Position numbers and translations under genes: made by a program. Below, in pieces: positions 57,658-64,000 of a stretch of 64,000 nucleotides of DNA. Origin of the DNA: Bacteroidales bacterium (GTDB lineage Bacteria > Bacteroidota > Bacteroidia > Bacteroidales > JAFGHD01). How positions within the stretch are numbered: position 1 is the stretch's first letter; each line of letters begins with the position of its first letter. The stretch covers positions 11,580 to 75,579 of the forward strand of contig JAFGME010000068.1 of assembly GCA_016927695.1 (NCBI GenBank), in the 5' to 3' direction. Below the pieces are notes generated by a model. It had not been told where the DNA came from and made no database searches. It saw only the letters and a list, made by a program, of their open reading frames with translations.

Positions 57658-58104
57658 TTATAATTTTATTGCAGAGCCTCCCAGTGATTCAATTGCTTCC
57701 TTTGCCTTTTTGGTAAAAGCATGGGCTGTCACTTCCAATTTCACATTCAGTTCGCCCCGGCCCAGGATTTTAATTAAGTCGTTTTTACCGGCCAGACCGT
57801 TTTCAATCAATACCAGAGGATCAATGGCAGTAAGGTTCTTTTCTTCTGCCAGTTTCTGGATCAAATCCACATTAACCCCTCTGTAATCAACCCTGTTGAT
57901 GTTTTTAAAGCCGAATTTGGGCACTCTTCTGTGGAGTGGCATCTGACCTCCTTCAAAACCAATCTTTCTGCTATAACCAGATCGCGATTGCGCTCCTTTA
58001 TGCCCTCTGGTAGAAGTTCCGCCTCTGCCTGATCCCTGGCCCCTTCCAACTCTTTTGTTGTTCTTTACAGAACCTTTTGCCGGTTTAAGATTACTTAAGT
58101 CCAT
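57658..58104 (-). CDS. rplO: 50S ribosomal protein L15
   Basis: [35 protein letters not shown] is present. Confidence 0.95.
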   Translation of the reverse strand: MDLSNLKPAKGSVKNNKRVGRGQGSGRGGTSTRGHKGAQSRSGYSRKIGFEGGQMPLHRRVPKFGFKNINRVDYRGVNVDLIQKLAEEKNLTAIDPLVLIENGLAGKNDLIKILGRGELNVKLEVTAHAFTKKAKEAIESLGGSAIKL

Positions 58105-58129
58105 AGTTTATATCTGTTTCCTCATTAAA

Positions 58130-58309
58130 TTATAATTCTTCCACCTCCAAGAGGTGTTTCACTTTTTCGATCATTCCCAATATCTGGGGCGAACCTTCCA
58201 CCACTCTTTCGTGATTCATTTTCCTGAGACCCAATGCTTCCAGTGTCCTTTTCTGTGTGGCAGGGCGTCCAATCCCGCTGCGGACCTGTTTTATTCTGAT
58301 CTTTTTCAT
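58130..58309 (-). CDS. rpmD: 50S ribosomal protein L30
   Basis: Manual minus-strand translation gives MKKIRIKQVRSGIGRPATQKRTLEALGLRKMNHERVVEGSPQILGMIEKVKHLLEVEEL (59 aa). The track ORF 58125..58331 on the same strand is in a different frame and is not L30. Confidence 0.9.
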   Translation of the reverse strand: MKKIRIKQVRSGIGRPATQKRTLEALGLRKMNHERVVEGSPQILGMIEKVKHLLEVEEL

Positions 58310-58323
58310 CTCTCAGTATTTTT

Positions 58324-58842
58324 TCAACCATTAAAAACTTTTTCTATCGGAATATTTCTGAGCTGTGCAATCGTTGCAGGATCTCTGAGCTGGATGAGTG
58401 CATCAATGGTTGCTTTAACCACACTATGGGCGTTTGAAGATCCTTTTGATTTTGCAAGAACATCTTTAACCCCGACACTCTCAAGAACGGCCCTCATAGC
58501 GCCTCCCGCAATAACCCCGGTACCCGGAGCGGCCGGTTTTAGAAAAACTCTTGCACCACAATACTTTCCGTTCTGTTCGTGAGGCAAAGTTCCATTCAAC
58601 ACTGGCACCTTGATCAGGTTTTTCTTCGCATCGTCAATCCCTTTGGCGATTGCTGCAGTAACTTCTTTGGCTTTACCAAGTCCATAACCAACGACACCTT
58701 TCTCATTCCCAACCACAACAATGGCTGAAAAGCTGAATGTCCTGCCGCCTTTGGTTACTTTGGTGACCCTTTTGATCTTAACCAGCCGGTCTTTGAATTC
58801 GATCTCACTTGACTTAACTCTTTTGATATTTACGTTTGGCAT
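58324..58842 (-). CDS. rpsE: 30S ribosomal protein S5
   Basis: [26 protein letters not shown] and [15 protein letters not shown] are present. Confidence 0.95.
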   Translation of the reverse strand: MPNVNIKRVKSSEIEFKDRLVKIKRVTKVTKGGRTFSFSAIVVVGNEKGVVGYGLGKAKEVTAAIAKGIDDAKKNLIKVPVLNGTLPHEQNGKYCGARVFLKPAAPGTGVIAGGAMRAVLESVGVKDVLAKSKGSSNAHSVVKATIDALIQLRDPATIAQLRNIPIEKVFNG

Positions 58843-58847
58843 GATAA

Positions 58848-59213
58848 TTAGAATTTTAATCCACCTTCCCTGGCAGCTTCAGCCAAAGCTTTAACCCTGC
58901 CATGATATAAATAACCGTTTCTATCGAAAACCACAGATTGAATGCCGGCATCGACAGCCTTTTTTGCGATGGTTTCCCCAACCCTCCTGGCTTGTTCAAC
59001 TTTATTGGTCTTTTTTTCATCCATCCCTTCGTCTCTGGAGGACGCTGTCAGAATAGTCACCCCTTTGAAATCATCGATCAGTTGCACATAAATCCCTTTA
59101 TTGCTTCTGAAAACTGACATTCTGGGTCTTTCGTATGTTCCGCTGACATGTTTCCGGATTCTCATCTTGATCCGGAATCTTCTGTATTGCTTTTTGTTTT
59201 TAATAGCCATCAC
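58848..59213 (-). CDS. rplR: 50S ribosomal protein L18
   Basis: [20 protein letters not shown] and [27 protein letters not shown] are present. Confidence 0.95.
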   Translation of the reverse strand: MMAIKNKKQYRRFRIKMRIRKHVSGTYERPRMSVFRSNKGIYVQLIDDFKGVTILTASSRDEGMDEKKTNKVEQARRVGETIAKKAVDAGIQSVVFDRNGYLYHGRVKALAEAAREGGLKF

Positions 59214-59236
59214 TAACAGAATATTATTTGTGATTA

Positions 59237-59794
59237 TTATTTCTCTGCAGCAGCTTTACCGGCTTTCCGGCGCATAACCTCACCCTTGAACAGTATGCCT
59301 TTTCCTTTGTAAGGCTCCGGTTTTCTGAATGATCTTATTTTTGCGGCCACCTGCCCAATCAGTTGCTTGTCATGTGAGTTCAGTATGATCCTGGGATTCT
59401 TCCCCCTTTCGGTAATGGTTTGAACACTTACCTCAACGGGAAGTTCAAAAATGATATTGTGGGAATAACCCAGCGAAAGTTCCAGCATACGGCCTTTTGC
59501 TTCGACCTTGTAACCCACTCCCACCAGTTCCTGCTCAATGGTGAATCCCTGCGAAACCCCGGTAATCATATTGGCAAGAAGTGAACGGTATAATCCATGC
59601 TTGGCACGTTGTTCATTTTCATCCGATTCCCTTTCCAATTTCAGAAAACCGTCTTCAATCTCTACTTTAATGAAAGTATCAACCTGTTGCTCCAACTCGC
59701 CCAGATTTCCTTTTACCGTAACTTTATTATTACTGTCAACATTGATTGTGACACCCTGGGGAATGCTGATAGGTAATTTTCCGATTCTTGACAT
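59237..59794 (-). CDS. rplF: 50S ribosomal protein L6
   Basis: [17 protein letters not shown] and [11 protein letters not shown] are present. Confidence 0.95.
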   Translation of the reverse strand: MSRIGKLPISIPQGVTINVDSNNKVTVKGNLGELEQQVDTFIKVEIEDGFLKLERESDENEQRAKHGLYRSLLANMITGVSQGFTIEQELVGVGYKVEAKGRMLELSLGYSHNIIFELPVEVSVQTITERGKNPRIILNSHDKQLIGQVAAKIRSFRKPEPYKGKGILFKGEVMRRKAGKAAAEK

Positions 59795-59809
59795 TTTATT
59801 TCCCTTTCT

Positions 59810-60208
59810 TTAACTGATAAAACAAATGACTTCACCGCCAATGTTAAGTTTCTTTGCTTCCTTGTCGGTCATAATTCCCTGTGAAGTGGAGATAAGTGCA
59901 ACCCCAAGTCCGTTCAAAACCCTGGGTAAGTCTTTTGCGTTTGAATATTTTCTCAAGCCGGGTTTGCTTATCCGGGTAAGACTGTTGATTGCCGGCAATT
60001 TTGTTACCGGATGGTATTTCAGAGCTATCTTGATCACCCCCGGCCAGGGTTCATCTTCAAATTTATAGTTCAGGATATATCCCTTTTCAAACATTATTTT
60101 AGTGATCGCCTTTTTCATGTTTGATGCGGGTATTTCCACGATTCTGTGATTCGCCTTCAGGGCGTTCCTGACCCTTGTCAAATAATCTGCAATTGGATCT
60201 GTGTTCAT
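59810..60208 (-). CDS. rpsH: 30S ribosomal protein S8
   Basis: DPIADYLTRVRNA and GGEVICFIS are present. Confidence 0.95.
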   Translation of the reverse strand: MNTDPIADYLTRVRNALKANHRIVEIPASNMKKAITKIMFEKGYILNYKFEDEPWPGVIKIALKYHPVTKLPAINSLTRISKPGLRKYSNAKDLPRVLNGLGVALISTSQGIMTDKEAKKLNIGGEVICFIS

Positions 60209-60226
60209 ATAATTAACTTATTTTTC

Positions 60227-60496
60227 TTACCAACTTGCTTTTGTTACTCCGGGGATGAGGCCTTGAAGAGCCATCTCACGGAAGTTGATACGTGAAAGCC
60301 CAAACTGCCGCATATAACCTTTGGGTCTGCCCGACAGCTTACACCTGTTATGTATCCTGATATACGAAGAGTTCCTTGGAAGCTTTTGCAAAGCCGTATA
60401 ATCTCCTGCAGCCTTCAAGGCGGCACGTTTCTCTGCATATTTCTCAACCATCTTCAAACGCTTGACTTCCCTGGCCTTCATGGATTCTTTTGCCAT
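60227..60496 (-). CDS. rpsN: 30S ribosomal protein S14 (89-aa form)
   Basis: [37 protein letters not shown] and ASW are present. Confidence 0.95.
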   Translation of the reverse strand: MAKESMKAREVKRLKMVEKYAEKRAALKAAGDYTALQKLPRNSSYIRIHNRCKLSGRPKGYMRQFGLSRINFREMALQGLIPGVTKASW

Positions 60497-60501
60497 AATG
60501 C

Positions 60502-61062
60502 TTATCTGTTTTGATTTTTAAAAGGTAAACCGAATTCTTTCAGCAATGCAAGGCACTCCCTGTCCGTACCTGCTGAAGTAACAAAGGTAATGTCCATACC
60601 ATTGATCTTATTGATTTTATCAATATCAATTTCAGGAAAAATGATCTGCTCGGTGACTCCGAAGGTATAGTTTCCCCGTCCGTCGAAGCCTTTGTCATTG
60701 ACGCCTCTGAAATCCCTGACCCTGGGAATGGCTACAGAAATAAGCCTGTCAAGAAACTCATACATTCTGTCACCTCTGAGGGTAACCCTGACACCCACCG
60801 GCATTCCTTTTCTAAGCTTGAAGTTAGAAATGTCCTTTTTTGAACGGGTGGCAACAGCTTTCTGCCCTGTAATCATCGTCATTTCATCCATGCCCGAATC
60901 AATGAGCTTTTTGTCCGCGATGGCCGATCCCAATCCCTGGTTTACAGAGATTTTTAGAAGCCTGGGAACCTGCATTACACTACTGTAATTAAATTGCTTT
61001 ACCAATGCAGGAGCAATTTCTTCTTTATATTTCGACTTTAATCTCGGTGTGTATTTCATCAC
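60502..61062 (-). CDS. rplE: 50S ribosomal protein L5
   Basis: [23 protein letters not shown] and [18 protein letters not shown] are present. Confidence 0.95.
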   Translation of the reverse strand: MMKYTPRLKSKYKEEIAPALVKQFNYSSVMQVPRLLKISVNQGLGSAIADKKLIDSGMDEMTMITGQKAVATRSKKDISNFKLRKGMPVGVRVTLRGDRMYEFLDRLISVAIPRVRDFRGVNDKGFDGRGNYTFGVTEQIIFPEIDIDKINKINGMDITFVTSAGTDRECLALLKEFGLPFKNQNR

Positions 61063-61382
61063 TTAATTACCTCCCCTGTTTTTTTCGAGTAACGTACTGA
61101 CTTCTGTGTCTTATCATCGATTTTCCTTCCAATTCTGCCCGGTTTTCCTGAGCTGTCGATCAGTTTGAGATTGGAAAGATGAATCAGTCCTTCTTTTTTG
61201 ATAATGCCCCCCTTGGGATTATCCGAACTGGGTTTGGCATGCTTCGACAACATGTTAACTCCTTCCACTACGGCTTTGTATTTATCGGCATTGACAGATA
61301 ATACCCGGCCTTGCTGCCCTTTATAGGAACCGGCAATGACCATCACCGTATCCCCTTTTTTAATAAACATTTTTTTTATCAT
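61059..61382 (-). CDS. rplX: 50S ribosomal protein L24
   Basis: [22 protein letters not shown] is a KOW motif. The gene has a 4-nt overlap with rplE. Confidence 0.95.
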   Translation of the reverse strand: MIKKMFIKKGDTVMVIAGSYKGQQGRVLSVNADKYKAVVEGVNMLSKHAKPSSDNPKGGIIKKEGLIHLSNLKLIDSSGKPGRIGRKIDDKTQKSVRYSKKTGEVIK

Positions 61383-61394
61383 AACACAAATTGT

Positions 61395-61763
61395 TTAAAG
61401 CACCTCAGGAGCTAATGAAACTATTTTCATATATTGTTTCTCCCTTAATTCACGGGCCACGGGTCCAAAAATACGTGTACCTATCATCTCACCTGCATTA
61501 TTGAGGAGCACAACGGCATTGTCATCAAACCTGATGTAAGAACCGTCATTTCTTCTTTTCTCTTTTTTTGTTCTGACGACAACCGCTTTGATAACTGTTC
61601 CCTTTTTTATGTTGCCTGAAGGCAAAGCATGACGCACGGTGACAACAATCTTGTCGCCTATACCTGCATACCTTTTTCCTGTTCCACCCAGGACTCTAAT
61701 ACAGAGGACTTCTTTTGCCCCGCTGTTATCTGCAACAGCCAATATTGATTCTTGTTGTACCAT
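61395..61763 (-). CDS. rplN: 50S ribosomal protein L14
   Basis: [27 protein letters not shown] is present. Confidence 0.95.
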   Translation of the reverse strand: MVQQESILAVADNSGAKEVLCIRVLGGTGKRYAGIGDKIVVTVRHALPSGNIKKGTVIKAVVVRTKKEKRRNDGSYIRFDDNAVVLLNNAGEMIGTRIFGPVARELREKQYMKIVSLAPEVL

Positions 61764-61765
61764 GG

Positions 61766-62026
61766 TTATTTTGCCCTTTCAATGATTTCAACTAATCTCC
61801 AGCACTTGTTTTTGCTCAAAGGCCTCGTTTCCATAATCCTGACTTTATCACCCTGATGGCAGTCATTGTTTTCGTCATGAGCGATAAACTTGGATGTCTT
61901 TTTCACAAACTTCCCGTAAATGGGATGTTTTACTTTGCGTTCAACGACAACAACAATGGATTTTTGCATTTTGTCACTGGTAACAATGCCTATACGTTCT
62001 TTTCTTAATTTTCTGAGTTCCATCAT
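61766..62026 (-). CDS. rpsQ: 30S ribosomal protein S17
   Basis: [41 protein letters not shown] is present. Confidence 0.95.
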   Translation of the reverse strand: MMELRKLRKERIGIVTSDKMQKSIVVVVERKVKHPIYGKFVKKTSKFIAHDENNDCHQGDKVRIMETRPLSKNKCWRLVEIIERAK

Positions 62027-62027
62027 T

Positions 62028-62240
62028 TTACTTATTATCGTTTTTTACTTCCTGAAGTTGCCTTTTTCTCAACTCTGTTTTAATCCGGGCAATGGTTCTA
62101 CGGTAGGCTTTTAACTTCATGGGGTTTTCAATGGGTGAAACACTATGGTTGAGCCTTAGTTTAACCAGTTGCTTTGATTCATCTTCCAGTCTTTCGATAA
62201 GTTCTGGGGTAGAGAGTTCGCTGATCACTTCCTGTTTCAT
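62028..62240 (-). CDS. rpmC: 50S ribosomal protein L29
   Basis: [20 protein letters not shown] and [11 protein letters not shown] are present. Confidence 0.9.
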   Translation of the reverse strand: MKQEVISELSTPELIERLEDESKQLVKLRLNHSVSPIENPMKLKAYRRTIARIKTELRKRQLQEVKNDNK

Positions 62241-62252
62241 GGAAAAATTATT

Positions 62253-62675
62253 TTATTCTTGTACGTAATCTCTTCTGACAATAAACTTGGTTGCCACGGG
62301 CAATTTCTGGGCAGCCAGTCTGAGGGCTTCCTTAGCGACCTCGAAGGAGACGCCTTCCGCTTCAAACATGATTCTACCCGGAGTGACCCTTGCAACGAAC
62401 ATTTCAGGAGCTCCTTTTCCTTTTCCCATCCTGACTTCGGCGGGTTTTTTGGTAATGGGTTTATCCGGAAATATTCTGATCCATATCTGGCCTTCACGTT
62501 TCATGTGACGTGTCACAGCCTGCCTCGCAGCTTCAATCTGTCTTCCGGTGATCCAGGCCTCCTCCAGTGTTTTGATTCCGAAAGATCCGAAAGCAAGTTG
62601 GTTCCCCCTCATGGAGTTACCCTTCATTTTTCCTTTTTGCTGCTTTCTGTATTTTGTTTTTTTCGGTTGTAACAT
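62253..62675 (-). CDS. rplP: 50S ribosomal protein L16
   Basis: [15 protein letters not shown] and [25 protein letters not shown] are present. Confidence 0.95.
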   Translation of the reverse strand: MLQPKKTKYRKQQKGKMKGNSMRGNQLAFGSFGIKTLEEAWITGRQIEAARQAVTRHMKREGQIWIRIFPDKPITKKPAEVRMGKGKGAPEMFVARVTPGRIMFEAEGVSFEVAKEALRLAAQKLPVATKFIVRRDYVQE

Positions 62676-62702
62676 TTGCCCAACTTTTTATAAGATTTTT
62701 AA

Positions 62703-63404
62703 CTATCTTCTTCTTTTTCCACGTCCACTGGGGGCGGGTTTCATCTTGCCCTGTTCTTTTTCGGGGTGAAGATCAGGCTTTCCGTAAATTTCACCTTTGC
62801 AAATCCACACTTTTACACCTATTCTTCCGTATGTTGTGTGCGCTTCACACAAAGCGTAGTCGATGTCGGCACGAAGTGTATGGAGTGGTATCCTCCCTTC
62901 CTTGTATATTTCACCCCGGGCCATTTCAGCTCCTCCAAGCCTCCCGGAAATCTGCACTTTAATTCCCTCAGCGCCGATACGCATGGAAGAGGCAATGGCA
63001 GTTTTAATGGCCCTCCTGTACGAAATCCTTCCTTCAATCTGTTTTGCCACTGTGTTGGCAACGATCACAGCATCCAACTCAGGCCTTTTGATCTCAGAGA
63101 TATTGATCTGTATCTCTTTCCCGGAAAGTTTCTTGAGTTCTTCCTTAAGCTTGTCGACTTCCTGCCCTCCCTTTCCAATGATAATACCTGGTCGTGCCGT
63201 GTATATGGTAACCGTAACAAGTTTGAGGGTTCTTTCAATGAAAATTTTTGAAATTCCGGCTTTTGATAAACGGGCATGCAGATACTTGCGGATATTGTCA
63301 TCTTCGATGATCTTCTGATCATATTTTTTTCCGCCGTACCAGTTTGAATCCCAGCCCCGGATGATCCCTAACCTAAGTCCTATCGGATTTGTTTTTTGTC
63401 CCAT
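62703..63404 (-). CDS. rpsC: 30S ribosomal protein S3
   Basis: [14 protein letters not shown], a KH domain ([25 protein letters not shown]) and [10 protein letters not shown] are present. Confidence 0.95.
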   Translation of the reverse strand: MGQKTNPIGLRLGIIRGWDSNWYGGKKYDQKIIEDDNIRKYLHARLSKAGISKIFIERTLKLVTVTIYTARPGIIIGKGGQEVDKLKEELKKLSGKEIQINISEIKRPELDAVIVANTVAKQIEGRISYRRAIKTAIASSMRIGAEGIKVQISGRLGGAEMARGEIYKEGRIPLHTLRADIDYALCEAHTTYGRIGVKVWICKGEIYGKPDLHPEKEQGKMKPAPSGRGKRRR

Positions 63405-63422
63405 TAATTATTCAAATATTGG

Positions 63423-63830
63423 TTATTTCGTAACGTTAACTGCACTGTCGATGATCAGAGTGACATGATTTGACCTCTTCCTTATACGGTGGGCCCTTCC
63501 CTGGGGCGCCGGCTGTATCCTTTTGAGCATCCTGCCGCCGTCAACCCATATTTCCTTTACATACAGACTGGCATCCTCTATCCTGGATCCCTCATTCTTG
63601 TTCTGCCAGTTTGAAATAGCTGACCTGAGAAGACTGTAAAGCCCGACAGAAGCATCCAGCGGGGAATGTTTCAGGATATGCAAAGCCTGTTCAACAGGCA
63701 ATCCCCTGATAAGCCCCACCGCCAGCCTCATTTTTCTGGGTGAAGACGGGCAGTTGTTCATCCTTGCATAGAATGTTTTCTTCCTGGCTGCCTTATTTGC
63801 TTCTGCTTTTATGCGTTTTCTTTCTCCCAT
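63423..63830 (-). CDS. rplV: 50S ribosomal protein L22
   Basis: SPRKMRLAVGLIRG and MLKRIQPAPQGRAHRIRKRSNHVT are present. Confidence 0.95.
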   Translation of the reverse strand: MGERKRIKAEANKAARKKTFYARMNNCPSSPRKMRLAVGLIRGLPVEQALHILKHSPLDASVGLYSLLRSAISNWQNKNEGSRIEDASLYVKEIWVDGGRMLKRIQPAPQGRAHRIRKRSNHVTLIIDSAVNVTK

Positions 63831-63842
63831 TTTGAAAGTTTT

Positions 63843-64000
63843 TTATCTTTTACCTTTATCCTTACTGCCGGCATGACCACGGAAAATCCTGGTTGGCGCA
63901 AATTCGCCCAGCTTGTGCCCTACCATGTTTTCGGTTACATAAACCGGTATGAATTTATTTCCATTATGCACTGCTATTGTCTGCCCGACAAAGTCAGGAG
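63843..64000 (-). CDS. rpsS: 30S ribosomal protein S19, 3' portion (truncated by window edge)
   Basis: Manual minus-strand translation gives ...[51 protein letters not shown] followed by a stop (TAA at 63843-63845). Confidence 0.9.
   Translation of the reverse strand, partial: PDFVGQTIAVHNGNKFIPVYVTENMVGHKLGEFAPTRIFRGHAGSKDKGKR

Noticed and set aside
58125-58331. Track ORF of 68 aa on the minus strand between rpsE and rplO
   Set aside because: It is in the wrong frame. The real gene here is rpmD (58130..58309), which gives a canonical L30 sequence on manual translation.

Overview
This is a 64 kb chromosomal segment with Bacteroidota hallmarks. Four secreted proteins carry type IX secretion (T9SS) C-terminal sorting domains. 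TAnnTTTG '-7' promoter boxes recur upstream of genes, and the ribosomal cluster has the order secY-map-infA-rpmJ with no adk. Coding density is high, and I saw no rRNA, tRNA, CRISPR array, transposase, integrase or recognisable defence genes. Content from left to right: (1) recN and fabI. (2) An envelope and secretome region holding two BNR/Asp-box proteins, a CotH-kinase protein with lamin-tail domains, a delta-60-repeat protein, an M14 carboxypeptidase, and a thioester-containing alpha-2-macroglobulin coupled to PBP1C. (3) A translationally coupled two-gene module: a 9-TM membrane protein followed by a cytochrome-bd(CydA)-like membrane domain fused to a cytochrome c domain with eight CXXCH motifs. 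(4) A TPR protein, gyrA and clpC. (5) Two convergent acyl-CoA dehydrogenases. (6) A four-gene operon of uncharacterised exported and membrane proteins led by a Tat-signal DUF362 protein. (7) An AT-rich methyltransferase followed by 399 nt of non-coding DNA. (8) A Phe/Tyr catabolic cluster (hmgA, hppD, fahA, a flavin-reductase-like gene, and a long phenylalanine hydroxylase). (9) glgB, a YqaA/DedA-like gene and eno. (10) The rplQ/rpoA end of the alpha operon through the spc and S10 operons up to a partial rpsS. The best candidate for something poorly described is the bd-like/octahaem module at 22703-26463. The second is the DUF362 operon at 37118-40363. All family assignments come from reading motifs by eye, and no searches were run.
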